28,591 nucleotides of DNA from a virus (Duplodnaviria; Caudoviricetes). Both the position numbers and the translations under genes were made by a program. Every line of letters starts with the position of its first letter. The first letter of the stretch is position 1. A model generated the notes under the pieces. It saw nothing but the letters and a program-made list of their open reading frames with translations, was not told where the DNA came from and made no database searches. Location of the stretch: positions 1 through 28,591 of IMG/VR virus record IMGVR_UViG_3300045580_000204; one strand, given 5' to 3'. Below, piece after piece: positions 8,379 to 17,811 of this stretch.

Positions 8379-9953
8379 AATTTCTTCCTTATATAGGTCG
8401 ACCAGCCCGAGGTGAAGGTCGACGTTGTCTTGCAGCATTTTGTAGAGCCGCCGCTCTACGGGTGACCCCTGCAGGTGCGTCACAGTGACCTTGTTCGTCT
8501 GGCCCGCACGGTGCGCCCGTGCGTTGGCCTGGAGGTAGGTCTCGACCGACGCGACCGGCCCCCACCAGACCACGTTGTCGGCGCGGGTGAGCGTGATGCC
8601 GTGTGCGGTGGCCTGCGGGATCAGCAGCAGCACCTTGGTGGTGTCCTCGGTCTGGAACCGCTTGATGATCTCTGCGCGCTGCCCGGCCGGCGTGCCGCCG
8701 TGGATGCACTCGACCCCGTGCATGGTGGGGTTCGCCCCAATGAGTCGCAGTATGCGGTTGTTCAGCGCGTTCTGGATCGAGTCCAGGACGTGTCGGTACG
8801 GGACGAAGACCAACACCTTGTTCTCGGTGCCCTCGATGATCTCCATGAGCTCGTCCATGCGGTGGCTCATGTCGAAGTCCACCACGTCGCGGTTGTCGGT
8901 GTACACCGCACCCTGACTGACCTGGAGCAGCTTGTTGAGCAGGCCGGCGGCATTGGCCGCAGTGATCGCCTCCCCCGCAGCCTGGGCCACCATGTCTTTC
9001 TTGATGCGGTCGTAGTAGACCTGCTGCTGCGCGGTGAGCGGCACATCCCTGGAGACGACGAGCTGGTCCGGTAGGTCCAGACACTCTGCCTTGGTGAAGC
9101 GAATCGCGGGCTGCAGCACTTCGTGCACGAGCTCCTTCGCGGTGGGCTTCGGGACCCACTTGTACTGGGTGAGCTTGAACATGGTCATGTCCCGCCACGC
9201 GCCCAAGAATTTCGGCACGGAGTCGGGGCGCACCAGCTTGGCCAAGCCGTAGGCGTCCATCGGGGACTGGGCCGCAGGGGTGCCGGTCATGGCCCACACC
9301 CACACATGTGGCTTGGTGAGCGACGCGAGGGCCTTCCAGCGGTCGGTCGATGCGGTCTTCACTTGGCTGGCCTCGTCGACGATGATCAGGTCAAAGCCCC
9401 CTTCGGCCAGCGCCTCGCGCACCACCTTGACGCCGTCAAAGTTGATGATCACGAACTGATAGTCGCCCTTGATGACCTTCTCGCGCTGGGCTTTGGTGCC
9501 CATCGCAATGCCGACCGTGCGGTGCATGACCGTGCGGAACAGGTCCGCCCGCCAAGCGGTGTCCATGATGGATACGGGGCACACGACGAGCACGCGGTTG
9601 ATCTTCCCTTTGGCGATCAGGTAGTCGGCCGCCCAGGCGGCGGCAGAGGTCTTGCCAGTGCCCTGCTCGTTGAACACGTAGCACCGGGGGTTGGCGGCGA
9701 GGAACGCTGCTGTGGTGCGCTGGTGGTCGAATGGGGTGTAGACCCCGGGCCACTTGTACCGGCCGAGGATAGGGTGCGGCAGGTTCTTTATGCCCAAGTT
9801 CTTGAGGATCTGCCACTCGTCCTGGCCCCAGAACACCAGCATGCGCGCTTTGTCGCCCTGGCGCTCCAGCACCTGCGAGCGGGGGATCAGCGCGGCGATC
9901 TGATCGGCTTTGCGCGTCACAAAGGACAGCGCCTTGTGGTCAATGATTTCCAT
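8373..9953 (-). CDS. SNF2-like superfamily 2 helicase
   Basis: 526 aa; motifs EQGTGKT, IIVDEAS, MTGTP, HGITLT and QANARAHRAGQ. Confidence 0.92.
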   Translation of the reverse strand: MEIIDHKALSFVTRKADQIAALIPRSQVLERQGDKARMLVFWGQDEWQILKNLGIKNLPHPILGRYKWPGVYTPFDHQRTTAAFLAANPRCYVFNEQGTGKTSAAAWAADYLIAKGKINRVLVVCPVSIMDTAWRADLFRTVMHRTVGIAMGTKAQREKVIKGDYQFVIINFDGVKVVREALAEGGFDLIIVDEASQVKTASTDRWKALASLTKPHVWVWAMTGTPAAQSPMDAYGLAKLVRPDSVPKFLGAWRDMTMFKLTQYKWVPKPTAKELVHEVLQPAIRFTKAECLDLPDQLVVSRDVPLTAQQQVYYDRIKKDMVAQAAGEAITAANAAGLLNKLLQVSQGAVYTDNRDVVDFDMSHRMDELMEIIEGTENKVLVFVPYRHVLDSIQNALNNRILRLIGANPTMHGVECIHGGTPAGQRAEIIKRFQTEDTTKVLLLIPQATAHGITLTRADNVVWWGPVASVETYLQANARAHRAGQTNKVTVTHLQGSPVERRLYKMLQDNVDLHLGLVDLYKEEIA

Positions 9954-9974
9954 AGGAAAATTAGAACAGATGAC

Positions 9975-10006
9975 AAAAAGAGGCTGGGTAGCGAACTACC
10001 CAGCCT
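9975..10006 (-). terminator. Rho-independent terminator
   Basis: An 11-bp perfect stem AGGCTGGGTAG-TTCG-CTACCCAGCCT is followed by CTTTTT on the - strand. Confidence 0.8.
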
Positions 10007-10075
10007 AAACATCAACCATGGAGACAATAACAACTGCCAAGCGGGGCGGTGGTCACCCCAAAAGGCAGGGTCAGT

Positions 10076-10333
10076 TTACTTCATGCGCGCGCTCTTGTCA
10101 CGCGCAAACGATCGGTTTTTGGACGCCGGCACGGCCTTGAGTTTGCTGCCGCTCATGCCGCCCTTGGCCAGCGGGGTGACGTGGTGAACGTCTTTGCCGT
10201 CCCCCTTAGACACCTTGCCCTCGGCCATCAGCTTGCGGCGGGCGCGGTTGCGCTCGGCGCGCTTTTTCTTGACCTCGGGGGTGCCGTCATAGGCCGCGTA
10301 CTCTTTGGCGTAGTCGCGTGGGTTGCGGGGCAT
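10076..10333 (-). CDS. Small HNH-endonuclease-like protein
   Basis: 85 aa from the ATG with AGGAG RBS; DVHHVTPLAKGG...SKNRS pattern. Confidence 0.7.
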   Translation of the reverse strand: MPRNPRDYAKEYAAYDGTPEVKKKRAERNRARRKLMAEGKVSKGDGKDVHHVTPLAKGGMSGSKLKAVPASKNRSFARDKSARMK

Positions 10334-10343
10334 AGGGTTTCTC

Positions 10344-11006
10344 CTAACCTGGATGGTGGTCGCACGATGAAACGGGGCAGAAGCCGCACAGGGGGCCACG
10401 GCGGGGGTTCCACACGCCCACTTCCACCGCGGTTTCGATTTGCCCTGCACGGCCTGCCCACTTGGACATTATCTCGGGGAACTGCGCGCGCGTGAACTCA
10501 CACTTCACAATGTCGTTGGCCACCACAAACAACAGAGCGCCCTTGACGCGCTGCACGTTCGGGTAGTGGGCCATGATCATGCCCGCCATGAGTTCGAGCT
10601 GCCCTGGGTCGGCGTAGCGGCTGCTCTTGCCGGTCTTGTAGTCGGCTACGCGGGCTGTGGTGCCCGCGCTGTTGATGTGGAGGTAGTCGGGGACGCCTCG
10701 GAACCACACGTCGCGGTCGAAGAACCCGCATGCGCTGAAGTCAGCGCGGATACCCATCTTCTGCTCGCAGAGTACCGTGCCTTGAAGTCCAGCGAGAGGT
10801 TCCACAAACGCGCGGTAGTGCTCAAAATTTTCAGGAAGGGGGGTGCCGTCACGGATGAACTCTTCAAAGGCTTTGTGGACTGCGGTGCCGTACAGCGTGG
10901 CCTGCGTGTCGGAGGATTTGAACCGCTTGAGAATGCGGACCTCGTGGTACTGGCGGGGGCAGTTCTCGAACTGTTTGATGGATGAATAAGAGTGGGCGAG
11001 TGTCAT
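10344..11006 (-). CDS. PD-(D/E)xK exonuclease, Cas4/RecB-like
   Basis: 220 aa; SYSSIKQFENCPR, GTAVH, VPD, ADYKTGK and C-terminal CGFCPVSSC. Confidence 0.88.
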   Translation of the reverse strand: MTLAHSYSSIKQFENCPRQYHEVRILKRFKSSDTQATLYGTAVHKAFEEFIRDGTPLPENFEHYRAFVEPLAGLQGTVLCEQKMGIRADFSACGFFDRDVWFRGVPDYLHINSAGTTARVADYKTGKSSRYADPGQLELMAGMIMAHYPNVQRVKGALLFVVANDIVKCEFTRAQFPEIMSKWAGRAGQIETAVEVGVWNPRRGPLCGFCPVSSCDHHPG

Positions 11007-11032
11007 GTGGTTCCTTGCGTAGTGCGGCTCGG

Positions 11033-11061
11033 AGTTTAGCAGTCACCGTAGCTTTCGCCAA
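11033..11061 (-). promoter_or_regulatory. Possible extended -10 promoter for the nuclease gene
   Basis: TTGGCG-17 nt-TAAACT, with TG directly upstream of the -10. Confidence 0.35.
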
Positions 11062-12931
11062 CGCCGGACTCGCACGCCAGAGGAAGGCCGGACGCCCAGG
11101 CAGGGTTCCAGCTCATGCACGCTTCGAGGTACGCCTGCGCCTGCTCGGCTTCGTCTTTCGGCGCCACGATCGCCACAGCGTCGTGCACCGTCAGCACCGC
11201 TGGGTACCGCTTGGCCACCCGCAACATCTGCTCGGCGACGATGCACCGGGCGACGGCCTGGGTGAAGTTCTCGACCACCTTTCCGCCGTAGATGCGGATC
11301 GGCAAGCCCTTGGACGTGTAGACGACCTCGCGCTTACCCTCGCTGTTGGTGACCACGCGCAGCTCTGGGTACTGGATGAACAGCCCGCTCGGCAGTGTGA
11401 GGCCGGAGCCCGGCACCGCGCGGATGATCCCCGGCACGTCGATCTGCATTTCCTGGCAGTTCATGAGCGCAGTCAGCGCGTCCCCTGCGCGCGCCCACAG
11501 GTGGGCGATGTTGGCCGATGTGCTGCGGTACGTGTCGATGATGCGCTTGGCCTCGTCCAGCGTGACCTCCACGCCGGCCTGGGTCTTGAGAAACCCCTGC
11601 AGCTTCACATGCCCGACGCCGTAGCCTGCGCCCAGCACCACGGTCTTGCCGACTTGGCGCTGTGTCTTGTCGATCTGGTCCGGCGCCACGCCGTAAATCT
11701 TCGACGCCATGAGCTTGTACACGTCCTGCTTGTCGCGAAACGCCTGGACCAAGTCGTCCTGGCCGGCGAGCCATGCGAGCGTGCGGGCCTCGATCTGTGC
11801 AGAGTCGCAGTCGATCACCACGTACCCCGGCGGGGCCTTGATGGCTTTCTTGATCTGGCCTGCGTTCGGGCCGCGCGATGGCAGGTTCTGCAGGTTGATG
11901 GAGTCTTGCCCGGACCACCGGCCGGAGTGCGCGCCGTAATACCGCAGGGGCACAGGGAACTCGCCGCGCGTGGTCATGTCGATGAACCGTTCGGTGCGGG
12001 TCTCCTCCAGCGTGGTCTTGTTGCCCAGGCGTGCGGCCACCAGCGCCTGCACGTCTTCGTTCGGGTGCTCCTCCAGGGCCTTGAAGGCCTCGTCGGTCTT
12101 CGCGAACGCCCACGCGGTCTTGCCTGTCGTGGGACTGATCTTGGTGGGCGGCTCCACGTTGAGGTCCTGCAGCGCCTGCGCAAACTTGTCGTTGGACATC
12201 AGCAGTTTCTTGATGCCGGCGGTGCCCTCGGCAAACACCGCGGCCACCGCGTCAGGGTCCGTGTAGCCCTTGAGCATGTTGTCTCGCACTCGCTCCAGCA
12301 GCGCCAGCTTGCGAGCCCGAACGTCGGCCAGATGCGCAGTGAGCAGGTCTTTGTCTAACGTTAGACGCGGCTCGATGAACATGCGCAGCGTGAGATCAAT
12401 CAGTTTGAGCTCCTGCGCAGGGAAGCCCATGGCCATGTACCGGTCAAACAGCGCTTCGGTTTTGGCCACGTCGTTGAGGCAGTAATGACCGTACCGGCGC
12501 AGCTCGTCGGGCGAGAAGTCCGCCCACCGCTTGCCCTTGGCCTTGAGCACCTCGTCGCCTTTCTCACCGAGCCCGGTGCGCTCCAGTTGGGCAGCGAGGC
12601 TGTGCGACTTCTCGTGCGGGAACAGCGCGCGGGACATGCCCATGACATCGAGCCAGCCGGCTGGCTTGACACCGTAGTGGTGTGCGAGCGCGAGCCCGTC
12701 GAACGCCGTGTTTTGCCCGATCACAAGCAGGCCCGACCAGTCCACGCTGCGGATGAACCGCGCGGCGTCGGGCCCATGGGCCCAGACTTTCCTGCTGTCG
12801 CCATGCAGCTTGAACCCAATGCCGATCAACTCGAACCGCGGGTCGCGCACGTAGGCTTCGGTGGTCAGCTTCGACAACGAGTAGGTGTCGTCGTACAGCG
12901 TTTCTATGTCAACGGTCGCCAGTTGCGGCAT
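11036..12931 (-). CDS. DNA polymerase, family A, with 3'-5' exonuclease domain
   Basis: 631 aa; Exo I VDIET, NTAFD, YCLND; SGRWSG, NLQNLP; motif A DSAQIEAR; motif B RQVGKTVVLGAGYG; motif C TVHDAV. Confidence 0.95.
   Translation of the reverse strand: MPQLATVDIETLYDDTYSLSKLTTEAYVRDPRFELIGIGFKLHGDSRKVWAHGPDAARFIRSVDWSGLLVIGQNTAFDGLALAHHYGVKPAGWLDVMGMSRALFPHEKSHSLAAQLERTGLGEKGDEVLKAKGKRWADFSPDELRRYGHYCLNDVAKTEALFDRYMAMGFPAQELKLIDLTLRMFIEPRLTLDKDLLTAHLADVRARKLALLERVRDNMLKGYTDPDAVAAVFAEGTAGIKKLLMSNDKFAQALQDLNVEPPTKISPTTGKTAWAFAKTDEAFKALEEHPNEDVQALVAARLGNKTTLEETRTERFIDMTTRGEFPVPLRYYGAHSGRWSGQDSINLQNLPSRGPNAGQIKKAIKAPPGYVVIDCDSAQIEARTLAWLAGQDDLVQAFRDKQDVYKLMASKIYGVAPDQIDKTQRQVGKTVVLGAGYGVGHVKLQGFLKTQAGVEVTLDEAKRIIDTYRSTSANIAHLWARAGDALTALMNCQEMQIDVPGIIRAVPGSGLTLPSGLFIQYPELRVVTNSEGKREVVYTSKGLPIRIYGGKVVENFTQAVARCIVAEQMLRVAKRYPAVLTVHDAVAIVAPKDEAEQAQAYLEACMSWNPAWASGLPLACESGVGESYGDC
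12353..12366. repeat. Palindrome site 1 GTCTAACGTTAGAC
   Basis: Inside DNA polymerase; encodes R-L-T-L-D with CTA/TTA. Confidence 0.9.
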
Positions 12932-12972
12932 GTGTGTCTTTCCAGTTGAGGTTCTTTTGTTGGGCGCGCTTT

Positions 12973-13359
12973 TTACGTTTGCGCTCGACGGACTTGAGGC
13001 GCTGCAACTCCTGCTTCGTCGGCAACGCGGCGTGCTGTTTCAAAAAGGCGGAAATTGGATCGGGCGTGTCGGATGTCATGCAAGCACTCCTTGAGGTACT
13101 GCAAGTTGGATTCATTGATCACTAGGGCCACGCCGCCGGCCTCGTCGATGGCGGCCAGGGCGTTTATCTGCAGCGCGGTGGGCTTGTTGGTGCCAGCTTT
13201 GGCCTCGATGCCAATGAACCGCCCGTCGAGGCAGGCCAGGATATCCGGCGTGCCGTTGTTGGCGTACTGCCCGCCGATATAGTTCACCGCGTACGCACCC
13301 GCCTCGGTCAGCAGGCGGTGGATTGTGCGTTTGACTTTCACCTCAGGGGTTGCGGCCAT
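12973..13359 (-). CDS. VRR-NUC / Holliday-junction-resolvase-like nuclease
   Basis: 128 aa from the ATG at 13359; GTPDIL, FIGIEAK and PTALQ motifs. Confidence 0.85.
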   Translation of the reverse strand: MAATPEVKVKRTIHRLLTEAGAYAVNYIGGQYANNGTPDILACLDGRFIGIEAKAGTNKPTALQINALAAIDEAGGVALVINESNLQYLKECLHDIRHARSNFRLFETARRVADEAGVAAPQVRRAQT

Positions 13360-13567
13360 TGCGGGTCTCCAGCTCAATGAGCAGTTCGATGTAGTGCTTG
13401 GCCTTCTCCAGGTCGGCGATGCCGTTCTTGGCCCGCCAGCGAGACACGTACTTGACAACGTTGCCCTCGAAGTAGCCGAGCTTGTTGGCGTGGATGTACT
13501 CCACGGGTTGAATGGGCAGGTCCTTGTAGTGGGTGCCCGCGACTTGCACGTCAAGTGGGTTGGTCAT
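13343..13567 (-). CDS. DUF3310-family protein
   Basis: 74 aa; HY...QPVEYI...GNVVKYVSRW..KNGIADLEKAKHY signature. Confidence 0.85.
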   Translation of the reverse strand: MTNPLDVQVAGTHYKDLPIQPVEYIHANKLGYFEGNVVKYVSRWRAKNGIADLEKAKHYIELLIELETRNGRNP

Positions 13568-13582
13568 AGCAATGCTTCCTCT

Positions 13583-13801
13583 TCAATCGGGGGTTGAACC
13601 TTCATCTGCCGCTGGAGTTTCATAAGCTCCGTGCCCCGCACCCGGCGAAAAGGCCAGCTGGGATATGGCATAGATGTGTTCCAGGCGGTGTCGCAGCCGC
13701 ATGCCGTCTTCGAGAGCGATGCTGAGCTGGCTCCGCAGGCGGGACACTTCGTCGCGCAGGCCCGCGACTTCGAGATCGAGTTGGCGTTCGGACTCATTCA
13801 C
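13583..13801 (-). CDS. Hypothetical coiled-coil protein
   Basis: GTG start after GAGGAG; heptad Leu pattern. Confidence 0.55.
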   Translation of the reverse strand: MNESERQLDLEVAGLRDEVSRLRSQLSIALEDGMRLRHRLEHIYAISQLAFSPGAGHGAYETPAADEGSTPD

Positions 13802-13811
13802 AGGGGGCTCC

Positions 13812-14255
13812 TCAGTAAAGGCCATTGAGGTCGGGGGCCTTGTAGTTTAGACCCTTGGCGATCTTGCCGTTGACATCGCGCAGGGGCTGCCCCTCGCTGT
13901 CAAATTTTGACCAGTTCGACTGGTTCACTCGGCGCAGCGCCTCCGTCGGCCGCATACCCGCACAGTGCGCTGCACCGACGCCAGTGACTACTTGATCGGC
14001 GATCGCGTCGAGGAAGTCCTCTCGACGCAATATGCGGGCGTCGATTTGGTTGGCCTTGAGCCCTTTGGCAAGCTCCGTGAGCGCAACGTACATATGCTCG
14101 ATGTCGTAATCCAGAGTTGTGCCGTTGACCTGCAGGTACAGGGAATCCAGCATCTCGATGAACTCTTCAACGTGGCAACCGAGCTGCGTGTTGAAGTCAG
14201 CTTGGGTGGGCGTGGGGCGGGCACGCTTGTGCCACATTTCGATCAGGTCGGTCAT
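13812..14255 (-). CDS. MazG-like / all-alpha NTP pyrophosphohydrolase
   Basis: 147 aa; EEFIEM, LDAIADQ, SNWSK and GKIAKG.NYKAPDL motifs; ATGA coupling to the upstream gene. Confidence 0.8.
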   Translation of the reverse strand: MTDLIEMWHKRARPTPTQADFNTQLGCHVEEFIEMLDSLYLQVNGTTLDYDIEHMYVALTELAKGLKANQIDARILRREDFLDAIADQVVTGVGAAHCAGMRPTEALRRVNQSNWSKFDSEGQPLRDVNGKIAKGLNYKAPDLNGLY

Positions 14256-14779
14256 TTGCGCATCTCCTTGAAAATGGCCTGCAGATGCAGCGCCTGGGTG
14301 GTCGCGTCGTGCAACGCATGGTGGTGCGTGCCTTGGCGGGCGATCTCTACGTGTGGGTAGATATTCCGCAGGGTGCGGAAGCACCGATTCTGCCAGTGCA
14401 GCCAGGGGGCGCGCGGTTCGCCGATGGCGCGGTACGCGCTGTTCATGATCACGTTGTCGAAGTCGACCCCATTGCCCCACACGGGGCCTTCGCCCACCGC
14501 ACGATACCACTCGGCAAACCCGTCAAGAGCCGTTTTCAGGGGGAGCCCGGGGCGGCACACCGCCTTGCGGGCGTCGTCGCTCTGCTCCATCCACCACATG
14601 ACGGTGGACACGTCTAACGTTAGACCCGCATCGACACAGGACTGAGCGTCTACGACTTGGTAGAACTTGCTGGCGACGCCTTCGCCCGCTGAGTCGAACG
14701 CAACCGCGCCGATGGCGATGATGACGGACCGTGGGCCGGTGCCCAGGGTCTCTAGATCGAGCATGACTTCGAGGCTCAT
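14252..14779 (-). CDS. DEDDh 3'-5' exo(ribo)nuclease
   Basis: 175 aa; MLDLETLG, WGNGVDFD and HHALHDA. Confidence 0.88.
   Translation of the reverse strand: MSLEVMLDLETLGTGPRSVIIAIGAVAFDSAGEGVASKFYQVVDAQSCVDAGLTLDVSTVMWWMEQSDDARKAVCRPGLPLKTALDGFAEWYRAVGEGPVWGNGVDFDNVIMNSAYRAIGEPRAPWLHWQNRCFRTLRNIYPHVEIARQGTHHHALHDATTQALHLQAIFKEMRK
14612..14625. repeat. Palindrome site 2 GTCTAACGTTAGAC
   Basis: Inside the DEDD exonuclease (G-L-T-L-D). Confidence 0.9.
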
Positions 14780-14943
14780 TGTGGTGGTACTTTCATGGTT
14801 TGGGCTCCACGCCGATTGGACATGGAGGGTATGGGCGTGCCGCCCATGGCTTTGGCACGGACTTGGCCGCCCTTCGAGGCCCGAGCGTTCTTGTCGAGTT
14901 GTTTCAGCCAGCTCGGGGCTTTGGGGATGGTGAATGCGTTCAC
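14776..14943 (-). CDS. Hypothetical protein
   Basis: 55 aa; GTG after GGAG; overlaps both neighbours by 4 nt. Confidence 0.5.
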   Translation of the reverse strand: MNAFTIPKAPSWLKQLDKNARASKGGQVRAKAMGGTPIPSMSNRRGAQTMKVPPQ

Positions 14944-15170
14944 TCGGTGTCTCCGGTAATGGCCCACATCCGGGCCTTCTCCGCCATGAACAAGCCTTCG
15001 GCACGTGTCATTTTCGAGGACCGCACCACCAAGCCCCCGTCGGCGTCGTAGCCGATAACCAGCACGTCTGTCAAGTTGTCGTCGCGGCAGAACTCTAGCG
15101 CAGACAGGAGCGCCTGCTCCGGGGTGTAGTTGGTGCTGGCCGGCAGCGCGATCACTTTCTCGTTGTTCAT
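14940..15170 (-). CDS. Hypothetical protein
   Basis: 76 aa from the ATG with AGGAG; alternative start at 15248. Confidence 0.6.
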   Translation of the reverse strand: MNNEKVIALPASTNYTPEQALLSALEFCRDDNLTDVLVIGYDADGGLVVRSSKMTRAEGLFMAEKARMWAITGDTE

Positions 15171-15244
15171 TGGGAGCTCCTGATCAGTGTGCAGAACTCG
15201 CTGCCGTCCGGCAGAGTGCCGCATCGCGTCCTCTTGTTTCGGGG

Positions 15245-15742
15245 TCATACAACTCGTCCTTCAATAAAGTCCACCACGCGATGGGTCTTGCCTTCTTTGT
15301 GATGCTGTTTGATCAGGCTCATGGCGTCCTCAATGTCCTTGACAGTCGTGACGCGCATCAGCTCGTCGTGCAGCTCCATGTGCAAGTTCAGCGCATTGAG
15401 CTCCGGCCCTGTGAGGATGAACCGATCGCCCCGCTCGATGCCGCGTTTGATCACGCTCATGAGCGCCGCGTAGCCGCCCTGGATCACGTCCTCGTACTCG
15501 GCAGCGAAGCCCTTGCGCCACAGCGCCTCGACCATGTTGTGCATGGCGGTGAGGATGATCATGTCAGCTCGGGTAGCGTTGCCCTGCACGAGCGCAGTCA
15601 TGGCGCTGTGGTTCTTCAACTGCAACTCCGTGAGCCACTCGGTCGCCTGCTCTGCGGGCTGCTTGAGTATCTTGGCCATGCGAAGCTGCGCTGCCTTGCG
15701 CTCGGGGTTGTATGCCTTGCGCGGTTTCTTGTTAGCAGGCAT
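15245..15742 (-). CDS. Hypothetical protein (basic N-terminus, helical)
   Basis: 165 aa from MPANKKPRK; TGATG coupling to the upstream gene. Confidence 0.7.
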   Translation of the reverse strand: MPANKKPRKAYNPERKAAQLRMAKILKQPAEQATEWLTELQLKNHSAMTALVQGNATRADMIILTAMHNMVEALWRKGFAAEYEDVIQGGYAALMSVIKRGIERGDRFILTGPELNALNLHMELHDELMRVTTVKDIEDAMSLIKQHHKEGKTHRVVDFIEGRVV

Positions 15743-15984
15743 CAGACCACCTTCGCGAGAATCGCGCCCGCTACGATGCCAGCGCACACGGCGGCCCCCA
15801 TGCATATCGCCGCCCACGCCAGCATGCGGCCGATCTCGTCCATCAAGGGCTCCCCCTCGGGGGCGGGCTCCGGCGGCTCGGGCTCGGGCGGCTGCCCGGC
15901 GCGCACTCGGCGCACCATCGTCGCACAGGCGCCTGTGCATTCGCTCTCTGGGTAGTTGCATCCAGCGATGTGGCACTTAGACAT
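15742..15984 (-). CDS. Hypothetical protein with Cys motif and C-terminal membrane helix
   Basis: 80 aa; AGGAG RBS; hydrophobic C-terminus. Confidence 0.55.
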   Translation of the reverse strand: MSKCHIAGCNYPESECTGACATMVRRVRAGQPPEPEPPEPAPEGEPLMDEIGRMLAWAAICMGAAVCAGIVAGAILAKVV

Positions 15985-16192
15985 GGCGGGTCTCCTGTTT
16001 GTGGGCATCGGCGATGTATCGCGTCAGGCGTTGGATGCGGGTGCCGTGGTATGCCGTCATGGACGCAGCGTACTCCTGGGCGGTCTGTGCTTGCAGCTGC
16101 TGGCGCTGGGCATCTTCGAGTTCCGCCTGCGCGATCATCAGCGGGCTGGGCTTGGCGAACAGGCGCCGGAACAGTTGGATTGGGGTGTTCAT
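15977..16192 (-). CDS. Hypothetical protein
   Basis: 71 aa; coupled to neighbours. Confidence 0.6.
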   Translation of the reverse strand: MNTPIQLFRRLFAKPSPLMIAQAELEDAQRQQLQAQTAQEYAASMTAYHGTRIQRLTRYIADAHKQETRHV

Positions 16193-16359
16193 TTGAGGTC
16201 GTCCTGTTGTGATTGGAGTTCGTTGTTGAGGTCCCGGATGTCCCGGCCTCGCATATCAAGGCGCTCGGCGAGCGCTCGCTCCCTCAGGGTGGCCTGCGGG
16301 TCGTTGTCCACGTCGAGGACCAGCTCGGCGTCCGTGTAATTGTCAAAGGGTGTCTGCAT
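16189..16359 (-). CDS. Hypothetical protein (not in ORF track)
   Basis: 56 aa MQTPFDNYTDAELVLDVD...QDDLK; fills the gap, with an ATGA overlap to the next gene. Confidence 0.6.
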   Translation of the reverse strand: MQTPFDNYTDAELVLDVDNDPQATLRERALAERLDMRGRDIRDLNNELQSQQDDLK

Positions 16360-16362
16360 CGG

Positions 16363-16635
16363 TCAATCCCTTCCGAAGGAAATGAGTTGGTTGGTGGTTG
16401 GGTCGAAGCGGAACCATAGGATGAAGTCCGGCGGCGGGAACGCCGGCTTTACTCCATGGCCGCCGATCTTGCCAGCGGTGACGATGGGCTCCAGCCAGCC
16501 CGGGCGGGGTACCCCATCCCCCTCCAAGTGACCCGGAAGTGCCCAGGGCGTCCCTCGGGGGCCGTCGTACGAGGTCACCGACCAGTAGCTTCCGTTTTCG
16601 TGATACCGCGCGAGCACGCCGGGGGGTTTATTCAT
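16363..16635 (-). CDS. Hypothetical protein
   Basis: 90 aa from MNKPP, with GGAG RBS. Confidence 0.55.
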   Translation of the reverse strand: MNKPPGVLARYHENGSYWSVTSYDGPRGTPWALPGHLEGDGVPRPGWLEPIVTAGKIGGHGVKPAFPPPDFILWFRFDPTTNQLISFGRD

Positions 16636-17512
16636 CGAAGCTCCAGTCGAATTGGTCAAGGGTTGCGGTCACTTTCTGAAGGGTGAACGCCCGGGTGCTG
16701 TCTTCCTTGCGCAGCTCTTTGGGGTCCACGTCGCCGATCGCGTCCTGCAGCATGCGACGCGCCTGCTCCAGCTTGGGGTCGTTGGTCACATTGAGCGGAG
16801 TCAGCAGGTCGCACAGCTCCTGCGCGTTGGTCACCGTGGTGTCGTGGAAGATGCGGCGCTTGCCGTCCTCGTCTAACGTTAGACGGTCCTTGATGCGGGT
16901 CAGTGCATCGTGCAGCCGGTTCCACGCATCATGCTGCGCTGCGGCCACCTGGGCGGCCATGCGCGCCTCGTACTGCTGGGCGAGTTGCACCTGCACGTCG
17001 TGCTCGATGTCGAGCCGGAAGTCGCCTGCGGTCGGCAGGGGGACGAACGACAAGTCGAACTTGAACCGGCCGGCGACTTCATCGCGCGTCGGGTACTCCG
17101 CACGATCGAAGAGCGTGCCCAGCTTGAACGCTGCAGCGGCCACGAGCGTGTCGTACTTGTCGAGGAACTGCTCGACCAGCCGGTCGAACTCGTCACTGTA
17201 GCGGTTCATTTCCGCCTTGTAGTCGAACAGCGCCTTGGTGGGCAGCAGGCGCTGGCCGTTGTCGTCCCAGGGCAGCGTGAGCTGGTAGTGCCGCAGGCGG
17301 GCCCGGCTCTGGAACTTGGTGATGGCATCGAGCTCCGCACAGTCGCTGAACAGGTTCTTGTACACGGACGCGGCCCGAGACGACCCGCTGTTCTTGGCGG
17401 CCACCACCTCTGCCTGGGTGCGCTTGTCCTGCTTGCGGCCGGAGTAGACGCTGATGTTGAGGGTCACCAGCATGGCGGAGCGGGCTACGCCCGCGATGTG
17501 ATTGGTTTGCAT
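16628..17512 (-). CDS. Conserved helical protein (DUF3150-like), often near AAA+/vWA genes
   Basis: 294 aa; SAMLVTLNISVYSGRKQD, LTLPWDDNGQRLLP and LNVTNDPKLE; family assignment is from memory. Confidence 0.6.
   Translation of the reverse strand: MQTNHIAGVARSAMLVTLNISVYSGRKQDKRTQAEVVAAKNSGSSRAASVYKNLFSDCAELDAITKFQSRARLRHYQLTLPWDDNGQRLLPTKALFDYKAEMNRYSDEFDRLVEQFLDKYDTLVAAAAFKLGTLFDRAEYPTRDEVAGRFKFDLSFVPLPTAGDFRLDIEHDVQVQLAQQYEARMAAQVAAAQHDAWNRLHDALTRIKDRLTLDEDGKRRIFHDTTVTNAQELCDLLTPLNVTNDPKLEQARRMLQDAIGDVDPKELRKEDSTRAFTLQKVTATLDQFDWSFDE
16871..16884. repeat. Palindrome site 3 GTCTAACGTTAGAC
   Basis: Inside 16628-17512 (R-L-T-L-D). Confidence 0.9.
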
Positions 17513-17550
17513 TGTGGACTCCATTGTCAAAGGGGTTTCTTTCTCAAGCC

Positions 17551-17811
17551 TTACTTGTTCTCGTCGTGCATCTTGGTCTTGAGGCGCATGGCCTCGACCC
17601 AATCGTCGGGGATCGCGCGGCACTCCAGCCAGCTGTCGGCAGTTACCGCGGGGCGCAGCAGCTTCACATACGAGCCGCCGTCGTCCCCTTTGGCGCCGCC
17701 CACGTACTCGTTGAACGTGCGCGCTGAGCTCCGCAGGATGGCTACCATGGTGTCCATCTGCTCGACGGTCATCAGGACATCGTCTCCGTTGATTTTGGTC
17801 ATCAGGTACAT
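17551..17811 (-). CDS. Hypothetical protein
   Basis: 86 aa; GAGG RBS. Confidence 0.65.
   Translation of the reverse strand: MYLMTKINGDDVLMTVEQMDTMVAILRSSARTFNEYVGGAKGDDGGSYVKLLRPAVTADSWLECRAIPDDWVEAMRLKTKMHDENK

Noticed and set aside
12909-13079. Possible 56-aa basic ORF between VRR-NUC and polymerase; similarly 13564-13671
   Set aside because: Each overlaps a better-supported gene extensively, so neither can be supported from sequence alone.
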